The notes below the pieces were generated by a model. It ran no database searches, was not told where the DNA came from, and worked only from the letters and a program-made list of their open reading frames with translations. From Microcella sp. (GTDB lineage: Bacteria; Actinomycetota; Actinomycetes; Actinomycetales; Microbacteriaceae): a DNA stretch of 64,000 bases. This document shows, one piece after another, positions 39,721-48,443 of the stretch. The first letter of the stretch is position 1. Every line of letters starts with the position of its first letter. The position numbers and the translations under genes are program-made. The stretch is from positions 77,167-141,166 of the forward strand of contig NZ_JBKBLF010000004.1 of assembly GCF_046296455.1 (NCBI RefSeq), in the 5' to 3' direction.

Positions 39721-40460
39721 TGCGCACGCTCGTCGTGGTGCCCACGTACAACGAGGCCGAGAGCATCCGGCCCATCATCGCGCGCATCCGCACGGCGGTT
39801 CCCGACGCCGATGTGCTCGTCGTCGACGACGGATCTCCCGACGGCACGGGCGGCATCGCCGACGAGCTCGCCGCAGCAGACGCGCACGTCTCGGTGCTGC
39901 ACCGGGCGCGCAAAGAGGGTCTCGGGGCCGCCTACCTGCAGGGCTTCGCGCGGGCGATCGACCACGACTACGACGCGGTCGTCGAGATCGACGCCGACGG
40001 CTCGCACGATCCCGGCGAGCTGCCGGCCATGCTCGCCCTGCTCGAGAGCGCTCCCGCCGATCTTGTGATCGGCTCGCGCTGGGTGGCCGGGGGATCGGTG
40101 GTCAACTGGCCCGGAGCGCGCCGCGCGATCTCGCGGTCGGGCAACCGCTACGCCCGGTGGATGCTGCGATCGCGCATCCACGACATGACCGCCGGATTCC
40201 GCGCCTACCGCACGAGCGCCCTGCGCGGGCTCGACCGCGCAGTCGTGTCGTCGCAGGGCTACTGCTTCCAGGTGGAGCTCGCCTGGCGGGTCGAGGCTGC
40301 CGGAGGAACGGTGCTCGAGCATCCGATCGCTTTCGTCGAACGCGAGACCGGGCGGTCGAAGATGCACGCGGGCATCGTGGCCGAAGCGCTCGCGCGCATC
40401 ACCGTGTGGGGGCTTTCGACGCGCGTGGGGCGAGCGCCGGGGCGGGTGAGCGCGCGCTAG
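39717..40460 (+). CDS. ppm1: Polyprenol monophosphomannose synthase (GT2)
   Basis: MMRTLVVVPTYNEAESI...VVDDGSPDGT GT2 signature. Its ATG overlaps the lnt stop (ATGA). Confidence 0.88.
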   Translation: MMRTLVVVPTYNEAESIRPIIARIRTAVPDADVLVVDDGSPDGTGGIADELAAADAHVSVLHRARKEGLGAAYLQGFARAIDHDYDAVVEIDADGSHDPGELPAMLALLESAPADLVIGSRWVAGGSVVNWPGARRAISRSGNRYARWMLRSRIHDMTAGFRAYRTSALRGLDRAVVSSQGYCFQVELAWRVEAAGGTVLEHPIAFVERETGRSKMHAGIVAEALARITVWGLSTRVGRAPGRVSAR

Positions 40461-40825
40461 GCGCCGATGCGCTCGCCGCCGCCCCGTCGGGCGCGCAGCA
40501 GTTCGAGCCGCTCCTGCAGCAGCTCTTCGAGCTCGTCGCGCGTGCGGCGCTCGAGCAGCATGTCCCAGTGGGTGCGCGGCGCCTTCGTCTCGCCGACCTC
40601 GATGTCGATGGGGGTGCCGTCGGGCGCCAGCAGCACGCCCTCGTGGCCGCTCTTGGGCGACTCCCACGTGTCGGGCAGCTCGGCGTCGGCAGCGAAGATC
40701 ACGTCGAAGGTCTCGCCCTCGGTGGTGCGGTACTGGGCGCGCTGACGGTCGGCGAACTCGACGCCCTCTTCGCTCTGCATGCTCTGCGAACCGAGTCTCA
40801 TGCCCCGCAGCGTGCGCTCCGCCAT
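40457..40825 (-). CDS. rbpA: RNA polymerase-binding protein RbpA
   Basis: Track ORF 40457..40882 trimmed to ATG 40825, preceded by GGGAGGG. MAERTLRGMRLGSQSMQSEEGVEF...HWDMLLERR is typical of RbpA. Confidence 0.9.
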   Translation of the reverse strand: MAERTLRGMRLGSQSMQSEEGVEFADRQRAQYRTTEGETFDVIFAADAELPDTWESPKSGHEGVLLAPDGTPIDIEVGETKAPRTHWDMLLERRTRDELEELLQERLELLRARRGGGERIGA

Positions 40826-40950
40826 GCTCGTGCCCTCCCGTACCGGTGATCGCGCGCTCTCGCAAAGCGCGGCCAAGTTCATGTATAGGTATAGACCCGT
40901 TCACTCGACCTGAACGGCCGGCGAGGGCGCTTCCCAGAACTTTGCCAGCG

Positions 40951-41724
40951 TCACTCCAGCGTTGCGACGACCTCGAGCGCGCGATCCGCGCGGTCGGTGA
41001 CGATGCCGTCGACGCCGAGCGAGAGCAGCCGGGCCATCTCCGATGCCTCGTTGATCGTCCAGACGTGCACCTCGACACCGGCGTCGTGAAAGGCCCGGAT
41101 GCGCGCGGAGGTGACCGTGTCGAGCCCGATCGCGCGGGTCGGAATCTGCACGGCGTGCAGCCCGCGCAGCGCTGCGCGCACGAGCGGGCCGCCGCGCACG
41201 ACGCTCGCGAGCAGCGCCGCGGCGAATCGCGGACCCGACGCGCTCGTCGCGACATCGGGCAGCAGCGCGAGCGCGGCTCGACGCCGGCGCTCGCTGAACG
41301 AGGTCAGCAGCACGCGGTGCTCGGCCCGCGCCGCGCGGATCGCGTCAACCGTCGGCTCGATCGCCGCGGCGCTCTTGAGGTCGATGTTGAATCGCGCGTC
41401 AGGAAACGCGTCGAGCGCCTCGGCGAGGGTGGGCAGATGCTGGCCCTCACCCAGGTCGAGGGCGGCGAGCTCGGCGACCGTGAGCGCGCCGACCGGGTCG
41501 GGCCGTCGCGCGACGCGCGAGAGGTCGGTGTCGTGAGCGATCACCGCGACACCGTCGGCACTCGCGTGCACATCGGTCTCGATGTGGGTCACGCCGATGG
41601 CGAGGGCGTGCGCGAATGCCAGCAGCGTGTTCTCAGGGGCCTCGAGTGCGAGGCCACGGTGCGCGAGCACACGCGGCGTGGTCGACTCGAAGTACTGCAG
41701 GCCCGCGAGCCGGCCGGCCATCAC
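40951..41724 (-). CDS. Glycerophosphodiester phosphodiesterase
   Basis: VLAHRGLALEAPENTLLAFAHALAIGVTHIETDVH catalytic motif. Confidence 0.88.
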   Translation of the reverse strand: MMAGRLAGLQYFESTTPRVLAHRGLALEAPENTLLAFAHALAIGVTHIETDVHASADGVAVIAHDTDLSRVARRPDPVGALTVAELAALDLGEGQHLPTLAEALDAFPDARFNIDLKSAAAIEPTVDAIRAARAEHRVLLTSFSERRRRAALALLPDVATSASGPRFAAALLASVVRGGPLVRAALRGLHAVQIPTRAIGLDTVTSARIRAFHDAGVEVHVWTINEASEMARLLSLGVDGIVTDRADRALEVVATLE

Positions 41725-42653
41725 GCCTTGGGTGCGCGGGCGGGCGGCGACCCCGCCGTGCCGCCGAAGAAGCCCTGGCTGATTCCCTTGAGGGCCTCGG
41801 TCAGCTCGCTCGGCACGATCCAGAGCTTGTTCGCTTCGCCCTCGGCGAGCTTGGGCAGGGTCTGCAGGTACTGGTACGCGAGCAGCTTGCTGTCGGGGTC
41901 GCCCTGGTGGATGGCCTCGAAGACCGTGAGGATCGCCTTGGCCTCGGCCTCGGCCTTGAGGATCTGGGCCTGCGCCTCACCCTCGGCCTTGAGGATGGCC
42001 GACTGCCGCGCACCCTCCGCCTCGAGGATCTGGGACTGCTTCGTGCCCTCCGCGGTCAGGATGACGGCGCGGCGGTCGCGCTCGGCGCGCATCTGCTTCT
42101 CCATCGAGTCCTGGATGCTCACGGGCGGGTCGATGGCCTTGAGCTCGACACGGTTGACGCGAAGCCCCCACTTGCCCGTCGCCTCATCGAGCACGACGCG
42201 CAGCTGGCCGTTGATGTTGTCGCGGCTCGTCAGCGCCTCTTCGAGGTTGAGGCCACCGACGACGTTGCGCAGCGTCGTGACGGTCAACTGCTCGACGCCG
42301 GCGAGATAGTTGGCGATCTCATACGTCGCCGCGCGCGCATCCGTCACTTGGAAGTAGATGACGGTGTCGATCGAGACGACGAGGTTGTCTTCGGTGATGA
42401 CCGGCTGCGGCGGGAACGAGACGACCTGCTCGCGCATGTCGACGAGGGGCCGCATGCGGTCGATGAAGGGCACGAGGATGTTGAGGCCCGGCTGCAGGGT
42501 CTTGCGGTAGCGCCCGAGCCGTTCGACGACGCCCGCGTAGGCCTGCGGCACGATGCGGATCGATCGGATCAGGACGACGACCACGAAGATCGCGACGACG
42601 ACGACGAGCACCGTCACGAAGATCTGGCCGAGGAAGGCGGCGGTCGAGATCAT
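41721..42653 (-). CDS. SPFH domain / band 7 family protein (stomatin-like)
   Basis: N-terminal TM followed by an SPFH core (IRIVPQAYAGVVERLGRY...) and a coiled-coil repeat tail. Overlaps the nfeD stop. Confidence 0.9.
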   Translation of the reverse strand: MISTAAFLGQIFVTVLVVVVAIFVVVVLIRSIRIVPQAYAGVVERLGRYRKTLQPGLNILVPFIDRMRPLVDMREQVVSFPPQPVITEDNLVVSIDTVIYFQVTDARAATYEIANYLAGVEQLTVTTLRNVVGGLNLEEALTSRDNINGQLRVVLDEATGKWGLRVNRVELKAIDPPVSIQDSMEKQMRAERDRRAVILTAEGTKQSQILEAEGARQSAILKAEGEAQAQILKAEAEAKAILTVFEAIHQGDPDSKLLAYQYLQTLPKLAEGEANKLWIVPSELTEALKGISQGFFGGTAGSPPARAPKA

Positions 42654-43135
42654 GCTTGTTCGCTCCGTTCTGCAGGGGCGACCTCGGCGGTCGCTCCGTC
42701 GATGCGCGTGACGACCACGCGGTCGCCCTCGGCGAGGGTCAGGGTCTCGTGCTGCGGCGCGAGCCGCGCCGTCCAGGTCTCGCCGTTGGCGAGCTTGACG
42801 AAGCCCGCGCCGTCGGCGAAGGCCGCCGTGACGCGCGCCGCCATGCCGGTGAGGGCGTCGACGTTCGTGCGCGCCGGTTCGGTGCCGCTATCGAGTGCTC
42901 GCAGCAGCAGGGGCCTGATCGTGAAGAGCAGCAGCCCGGCGATGACCGCCGCGGCGAGGATCTGCACCCACCACTCGGCCCCCAGCAGGTTCGTGCCGAG
43001 GCCGCCGATGAGCGAGCCCGCTGCGACCATCATGAAGGTGAACTCGAGCGTGAGCACTTCGATGATCACGCACACGACCACGAACACGAGCCAGATGATC
43101 CAGAGGTACTGCGTCAGATCGACCATGGCCGGCAC
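42650..43135 (-). CDS. NfeD family protein
   Basis: 161 aa. Three TM segments plus a C-terminal OB-fold-like domain; the usual partner upstream of SPFH. Confidence 0.85.
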   Translation of the reverse strand: MPAMVDLTQYLWIIWLVFVVVCVIIEVLTLEFTFMMVAAGSLIGGLGTNLLGAEWWVQILAAAVIAGLLLFTIRPLLLRALDSGTEPARTNVDALTGMAARVTAAFADGAGFVKLANGETWTARLAPQHETLTLAEGDRVVVTRIDGATAEVAPAERSEQA

Positions 43136-43219
43136 CTCTCATCATCGCTGTGGTTGCCTCACGCTATCACCGGCGCCTGACGGCCCATCCGGCCCGCGCG
43201 GGCGATAGGGTCGAGAACC

Positions 43220-44005
43220 GTGAACACCCCTCTGCAGCCCGGCTCGCTGGCCGGCAAGACCGCCCTCGTCACCGGATCGTCGCGCGGCATCGGCGCCGAC
43301 ACTGTCAAGTACTTCGCCGCCGCGGGCGCGAACGTCGTGATCAACTACCGCGCCAAGGCACCGCGCGCTGAGAAGCTCGTCGCCGAGATCGAGGCGGCGG
43401 GCGGCCAGGCAATCGCGATCGGCGCCGACCTCACCGACGCGGCCTCGGTCGCCTCGATGATGGATGCCGTGCGCGAGCGCTTCGGCAGCATCGAGATCCT
43501 CGTGCTCAACGCCTCCGGGGGCATGGAGTCGGGCATGGGCGACGACTACGCCCTGAAGCTCAATCGGGACGCACAGGTCAACGTTCTGACGCAGGGCGCC
43601 GAGCTCATGGGCCCGGGTGGCCGCGTGGTGTTCGTCACGAGCCACCAGGCGCACTTCATCGACACCGTGCCGACGATGCCCGAGTACGAGGCGGTCGCGA
43701 AGTCGAAGCGCGCGGGCGAGAATGCCTTGCGCGCCCTCATTCCGACGCTCGAGGCCAAGGGCATCGGCTTCACGGTCGTCTCGGGCGACATGATCGAGGG
43801 CACGATCACCGCGACGCTGCTCGAGCGCGCGGCGCCCGGCGCCATCGATGCGCGCAAAGAGGCGGCCGGCAAGCTCTACAACGTGAGCGAGTTCGCCGCC
43901 GAGGTGGCGCAGGCGGCGGTCGACCCGGTGCCGGCTGACAACACGCGCCTCGTGGGCGATGTGAGCTACTTCACCGCGTTCAGCGCCGACACCGCGGGGG
44001 AGTAG
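43220..44005 (+). CDS. SDR family oxidoreductase
   Basis: TGSSRGIG cofactor motif and NASGG; classical short-chain dehydrogenase layout. Confidence 0.85.
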   Translation: MNTPLQPGSLAGKTALVTGSSRGIGADTVKYFAAAGANVVINYRAKAPRAEKLVAEIEAAGGQAIAIGADLTDAASVASMMDAVRERFGSIEILVLNASGGMESGMGDDYALKLNRDAQVNVLTQGAELMGPGGRVVFVTSHQAHFIDTVPTMPEYEAVAKSKRAGENALRALIPTLEAKGIGFTVVSGDMIEGTITATLLERAAPGAIDARKEAAGKLYNVSEFAAEVAQAAVDPVPADNTRLVGDVSYFTAFSADTAGE

Positions 44006-44009
44006 GGCT

Positions 44010-44465
44010 GTGGCCCCGATGCGGGGCCTGCGGCGGTCATCCCGAATCATTCTCATGGATTCGGAGGGCGCCGCACTGCTGTTCTTCACCGCCGCGCCCG
44101 ATTCGAGTCGCTGGGCCCGCTGGATCACCCCGGGCGGGGGAGTGGACCCGGGGGAGTCGCACGAGCAGGCGGCGATCCGCGAGCTGTTCGAAGAGACCGG
44201 ACTCGTCGTCGACGGCGTGGGGGAGCCCGTGTGGAGCCTCGACTTCGACGTGGCGTGGGACGACGCGGATCACGATCGCGGGCACGCCGAGTACTACGTC
44301 GTGCGGTGCGAGCGCTTCGAGCCGGTGTCGACGAACTGGACCGATGACGAGCACATCGACGTGACGGCGCACGGGTGGTTCACCGCCGCCGAGCTGCTCG
44401 CCACCGGCCAGCCCTTCGAGCCCTACGACCTTCCGCGGCTGCTGCGCTCGGTCGCAGCATCCTGA
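44010..44465 (+). CDS. NUDIX hydrolase
   Basis: Nudix box GGGVDPGESHEQAAIRELFEETG. Alternative start ATG 44019. Confidence 0.88.
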   Translation: MAPMRGLRRSSRIILMDSEGAALLFFTAAPDSSRWARWITPGGGVDPGESHEQAAIRELFEETGLVVDGVGEPVWSLDFDVAWDDADHDRGHAEYYVVRCERFEPVSTNWTDDEHIDVTAHGWFTAAELLATGQPFEPYDLPRLLRSVAAS

Positions 44466-45520
44466 TCGGAGGGCTCGTCGCCCTGCACGGGAGACGATGA
44501 TTCCGCCGCGCGACGCGACGGTCGCCGCCAGACCGGCTCGGCCTCGGCCAGCTCGGCCTCGGTGGCGATGCGGAACGGGGGAGCGTTCTCGACCTCGACC
44601 GCGTGGCGCCCTTCGCCGCGCGTAGCGCGCAAGCTCGTGACGATCGAGACCGTGATGATGAGCGCCACGACGCCGAGCGAGACGCTCGTGGGGATCTTGT
44701 AGACGTCGAGCAGCAGCATCTTGATGCCGACCCAGATGAGCACGAAGGCCAGGCCGAGTTTCAGGTAGATGAACCGGTGCATGAGATCGGCGAGCAAGAA
44801 GTACATGGCCCGCAGCCCCAGGATCGCGAAGGCGTTCGCCGTGAACACGATGAACGGCTCGCTCGTCACGCCGAAGATCGCGGGGATCGAGTCGACGGCG
44901 AAGATGATGTCAGTCACCTCGACGAGCACGAGCACGGCCAGCAGGGGAGTCGCGACGATGACGCCCGCCCTGCGGATGAGGAACTTCTGCCCGTGGTAGG
45001 CGTCGGTCATGGGCACGAACCGTCGGAAGAGCTTCAGGATGCGCGAGTTCTCGACATCCATGTGCTCGTTGCGCTTCCTGATCATGACGTAGCCCGTGTA
45101 CAGCAGGAACGCGGCGAACACGTAGAGGATCCACGAGAACTGGTCGATCAGCACAGCGCCGAGGGCGATGAAGATCGCCCGAAAGACGAGCGCGCCGATC
45201 ACCCCGAGAAAGAGCACGCGGTGCTGCAGCTCGCGCGGCACGCCGAAGAACGCGAAGATGATCGCCCACACGAAGACGTTGTCGACCGCGAGCGACTTCT
45301 CGATGAGGTAGCCGGCGTAGTACTGCTGGCCGAGCTCGGCCCCGTACTCCCACCAGATGTAGCCGCCGAAGGCGACGCCGAGGCTCACCCAGATGATCGA
45401 CCACACGGCGGCCTCGCGCACGCCGATCACATGGGCCTTGCGGTGGGCGAAAAGGTCGATCGCGAGCATGGCGACGATCACGCCGAGCACGGCGAACCAG
45501 AGCCAGAGGGGCACGTCCAT
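44423..45520 (-). CDS. TerC family integral membrane protein
   Basis: Track ORF 44423..45682 trimmed to ATG 45520 (MDVPLWLWFAVLGVIVAMLAIDLF...). Preceded by a Mn riboswitch. Confidence 0.88.
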   Translation of the reverse strand: MDVPLWLWFAVLGVIVAMLAIDLFAHRKAHVIGVREAAVWSIIWVSLGVAFGGYIWWEYGAELGQQYYAGYLIEKSLAVDNVFVWAIIFAFFGVPRELQHRVLFLGVIGALVFRAIFIALGAVLIDQFSWILYVFAAFLLYTGYVMIRKRNEHMDVENSRILKLFRRFVPMTDAYHGQKFLIRRAGVIVATPLLAVLVLVEVTDIIFAVDSIPAIFGVTSEPFIVFTANAFAILGLRAMYFLLADLMHRFIYLKLGLAFVLIWVGIKMLLLDVYKIPTSVSLGVVALIITVSIVTSLRATRGEGRHAVEVENAPPFRIATEAELAEAEPVWRRPSRRAAESSSPVQGDEPSDQDAATERSSRGRS

Positions 45521-45527
45521 GAAGAGA

Positions 45528-45662
45528 CTCCTGAATAGTCGGTGAGGCGATTCAGGAGGTCTTTCCCGGCCGAGTAGGTCTGAGGTCGGCCCGTGGCGCC
45601 GGATCCGTGCGGACGGATCGGAGTGACGACGCAACGCGGGTCGGGGATACTCCCCTCCGTGA
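45528..45662 (-). promoter_or_regulatory. yybP-ykoY (manganese) riboswitch with SD-sequestering expression platform
   Basis: The minus strand reads ACGGAGGGGAGUAUCC...CCGGGAAAGACCUCC, which contains the conserved GGGGAGUA and AAGACC elements, with a GGAGG/CCUCC P1. Downstream, CUCCUGAAU (45558-45550) can pair with AUUCAGGAG (45536-45528), which holds the SD 7 nt before the AUG. Confidence 0.7.
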
Positions 45663-45748
45663 ACAAGTGAACCACATTTCACGTTTACGAAGAAATCCGT
45701 TCGGCCCGGTCACGGCGAGCTCCCAGCATTCGGCGGTGGGATGCTCGC

Positions 45749-46042
45749 ATGACGTCACTCGAGCCCGGCAGCGGCATTCCGTGGCTCACCGAGTTCGTCG
45801 GTCCGGGGTTCTTCGAGACGGCACTCGGCCCGGCCATCGTCATCGCGTTCGTCGTCATCGTGCTCGCACCGGTGTCGATCTACGCGCATCGCTGGTGGAT
45901 GACCGACACGACGCTCATGATCTGGGTCGTCGTCGCGGTCGCCGGCGGCCCGCTGGGCGCGATCGCGTGGTTCGCGTGGGGCCGCCCGGCCGTGCGGCGC
46001 TACCGCGACGGCGGAGCGGGCGCCGTGCCCGCCGCCCCCTGA
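45749..46042 (+). CDS. Small membrane protein, possibly PLD nuclease N-terminal (PLDc_N) domain-containing
   Basis: 97 aa, two TM segments. WVVVAVAGGPLGAIAWFAWGRP resembles the PLDc_N signature. Weak call. Confidence 0.5.
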   Translation: MTSLEPGSGIPWLTEFVGPGFFETALGPAIVIAFVVIVLAPVSIYAHRWWMTDTTLMIWVVVAVAGGPLGAIAWFAWGRPAVRRYRDGGAGAVPAAP

Positions 46043-46185
46043 CTCGAGTTTTGTCCGATAATCCACATTATGTCAGGTCGAGTGATTATGGGCGGCGGAT
46101 GCTCGCCCTGAGCGTCCCGGATGGCGGCGCCTTGGGCATCCCCCGCCCCTCCTAGACCGAGTCTTCCGTCAATGAAGGCGGACCG

Positions 46186-47421
46186 GTGTCGCGCTACACA
46201 TTGGTTCGGCGTGAATGTGCCAGAATCATTCTCATGTCCTACGACATGACGATCTTCTTCGAGAGTGATCCGAGCGACCGTCTCCCCCAGCTCATCGCTG
46301 CCGAGGCGGACCTGACGATCGAACTCGAGGCTGCGGGGGTCACGGTGCGCCGTGGGAAGGGCACCTACTGCTGTTCCGTCGGGGAGCCGGTGCGAGTGGA
46401 AGAGGAAGATCTTCCCGACGCGATCGTGAGCCGCTCGGTCAGCTTCTCGTTTCAGGTCGATGTTCTCGTCGAGGGCAGCAATCCCACATCGATCGCGCGC
46501 ACCCGCAAGCTTGTCCGTCACATTGTTCGTTCTTTGGACGGGGTGAGTTGGGATCCGCAGACGGAAGCCGTAGACCCCAAAGCGGCACGTCGTTCCACGC
46601 CGTCGACACCCGCTGGATTGGTGAACCTCGTCGAGATCGATTGGTACGCGCCTCGACGCGAAGGCGTTGCCGCGGCCTATCTTGACGCCACACGCCGCTA
46701 CCTACCCGAAGCCGCGCCGCGGCGGTTCGGATCGTATGAACCTCTGAGTTTTCGACTTGACCGCGACGGCCCGGACCGCTTTGTTGTGGAAGCCGAGCGC
46801 GGTGAGAGTCTGTACTTCAAGGGCGCGCAGCCCGTGCTGGACGGCTCGATCATGGTGGATGATCGCCACGGTACGCGGGTCAGCCTCAGCATCCTCGCGC
46901 AAAATCTCGACGATCCGGCCTGGCGCGACGGAGTGCGAGCGCTGTTCTTAGAGCTTTCGGGGCAGCTCGACTGCTTCTTCGCTTCGGCTCAAGTGATCCG
47001 CAACCTGACGTGGTCTGGGCGACAGATCTGGCACGGGCTTGAGGCCGAGAGCGCCTACAGCTCGTTTTGGCGAGAAGGGTGGATGGGGCTACCCCCGCAT
47101 CCCGTCTGGTGGGCTTACCTCGGCCCTCAGTACTCACCGCTCATAGACCTGAACGGCCCCGGAGTATCTCGCCGGGGGGACGCCGCATTCATTGAGCTCT
47201 CGACAGAGCCAGCCGACCGGGACGCACTTTCTCGGTCGCTACCCCGCCGCGGTTTGCTGCGCAGACCGCTGCCGTGGATATCGCCGACGCTGCAGATGAA
47301 GCCGGTTGACGACCACTTACGGATGCGACCCCCTAATGCAGAGCGTGCCGACGTTGTTCCCGAGGACCTCGCAATACAGGTGGCAACCGCCGGCTACCGC
47401 ATGCGTTCGCCCGTCCGCTAA
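46186..47421 (+). CDS. Hypothetical protein (orphan, no family recognised)
   Basis: 411-codon ORF in a visibly lower-GC stretch. Alternative start ATG 46234 (MSYDMTIFFES). The codon pattern looks coding (GC3-rich, balanced composition), but I recognise no motif. Confidence 0.6.
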   Translation: MSRYTLVRRECARIILMSYDMTIFFESDPSDRLPQLIAAEADLTIELEAAGVTVRRGKGTYCCSVGEPVRVEEEDLPDAIVSRSVSFSFQVDVLVEGSNPTSIARTRKLVRHIVRSLDGVSWDPQTEAVDPKAARRSTPSTPAGLVNLVEIDWYAPRREGVAAAYLDATRRYLPEAAPRRFGSYEPLSFRLDRDGPDRFVVEAERGESLYFKGAQPVLDGSIMVDDRHGTRVSLSILAQNLDDPAWRDGVRALFLELSGQLDCFFASAQVIRNLTWSGRQIWHGLEAESAYSSFWREGWMGLPPHPVWWAYLGPQYSPLIDLNGPGVSRRGDAAFIELSTEPADRDALSRSLPRRGLLRRPLPWISPTLQMKPVDDHLRMRPPNAERADVVPEDLAIQVATAGYRMRSPVR

Positions 47422-47502
47422 GGGCGAATGAAGCGACGGATGTTCGGACTGGTCGTCGTGAATCACGTTGGCCCGGGCACCCTCCGTCGATAAGTTCTAG
47501 GC

Positions 47503-48024
47503 ATGCTGAAGAGCAGTGACCCCAACGCCTGGCGAGGCGTGATCGCAGCGCTCGCCAACCCGGAGAGTCGGCGTGTGCTCGGGCTGCTGGCTGCCGAGCT
47601 CGACGCCGCGGAGTGTCTTGCCTCGCTCCCCCTCAAGCGCCGCGAGCGTGTCGTGCGCGTGCTTAGCGACGCGGGCCTGCTCGATAGTTCGGGTGATGTG
47701 CTGAGGTTGCGGGTTGAGCGCTTCGCCGAGTTGCTCGCCTCAGATCCGGTCGAGCGCCTCACGGGCATCGAGCGGTTCTTCATCAACGGTCGGCTGGAGC
47801 AGTACCCCGCGGGCGCTGTTGACCGCGCGCTGGTGCTTCACTACCTCATCGACAGCACCATGCCTGACCCGGTCGAGCTTGTCGATGAGCGCACAATCAC
47901 CGCGCGCCTCGAGGTGCTCACTGACGACCCTGTGACGGTGCGGCGCTATCTCGTCGACGCGGGGTTTCTCGATCGTGCTTCCGATGGCAGTTCGTATCGT
48001 CGAGCCGGACCCGACTCCCCCTGA
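47503..48024 (+). CDS. DUF2087 domain-containing protein (ArsR-like N-terminal region; putative regulator)
   Basis: C-terminal half ERFFINGRLEQYPAG...VTVRRYLVDAGFLDRASDGSSY matches the DUF2087 pattern. Confidence 0.7.
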   Translation: MLKSSDPNAWRGVIAALANPESRRVLGLLAAELDAAECLASLPLKRRERVVRVLSDAGLLDSSGDVLRLRVERFAELLASDPVERLTGIERFFINGRLEQYPAGAVDRALVLHYLIDSTMPDPVELVDERTITARLEVLTDDPVTVRRYLVDAGFLDRASDGSSYRRAGPDSP

Positions 48025-48027
48025 GGC

Positions 48028-48357
48028 TCATCCCCCGAAGAACGGCCGCAGCTCGACCACGCGGTTGCAGGCGTGCGACCCCTCGGCGGCGAGCGCGAGC
48101 GCAGCATCCCGATCGGGCGCCTCGACGATCCAGAACCCCGAGACGTACTGCTCGGTGTCGTGCAGTGGGCCGGGCGTGACGAGCCCCGCTCCCCCGCGGT
48201 TGTCGACGACGGTGGATGCCCGGGGCGATGCCAGGCCCTCCGCCATGATCAGCTGGCCCGCGCCCTGCAGCCGCGCGTTGAACGCGTCGATCGCCGCCAT
48301 CTCGTCGCCCGATCCTGAGCCGGTTTCATCATCAATCACGCTGATCACGAATCTCAT
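48028..48357 (-). CDS. YciI family protein
   Basis: Track ORF 48028..48399 trimmed to ATG 48357. The 109-aa sequence MRFVISVIDDE...SGFWIVEAPDRDAALALA is typical of the family. Confidence 0.8.
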   Translation of the reverse strand: MRFVISVIDDETGSGSGDEMAAIDAFNARLQGAGQLIMAEGLASPRASTVVDNRGGAGLVTPGPLHDTEQYVSGFWIVEAPDRDAALALAAEGSHACNRVVELRPFFGG

Positions 48358-48443
48358 CACGTCCACCTTTCGCCAGCCGTGCGGCAGACCGTAGCGCACC
48401 GGTGATCGTGCGCGACACCCCGTTCTTTTCGTTGGCTAGGCTC

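Noticed and set aside
41721-43135. SPFH/NfeD pair as an unusual system
   Set aside because: It is a widespread, well-known two-gene module. Nothing atypical is visible here.
46071-46092. TGTCAGGT-N8-TATGGG upstream of the orphan ORF as a PafBC promoter
   Set aside because: Two mismatches in the -35-like box, and the invariant final T of TAnnnT is missing. Too weak to call.
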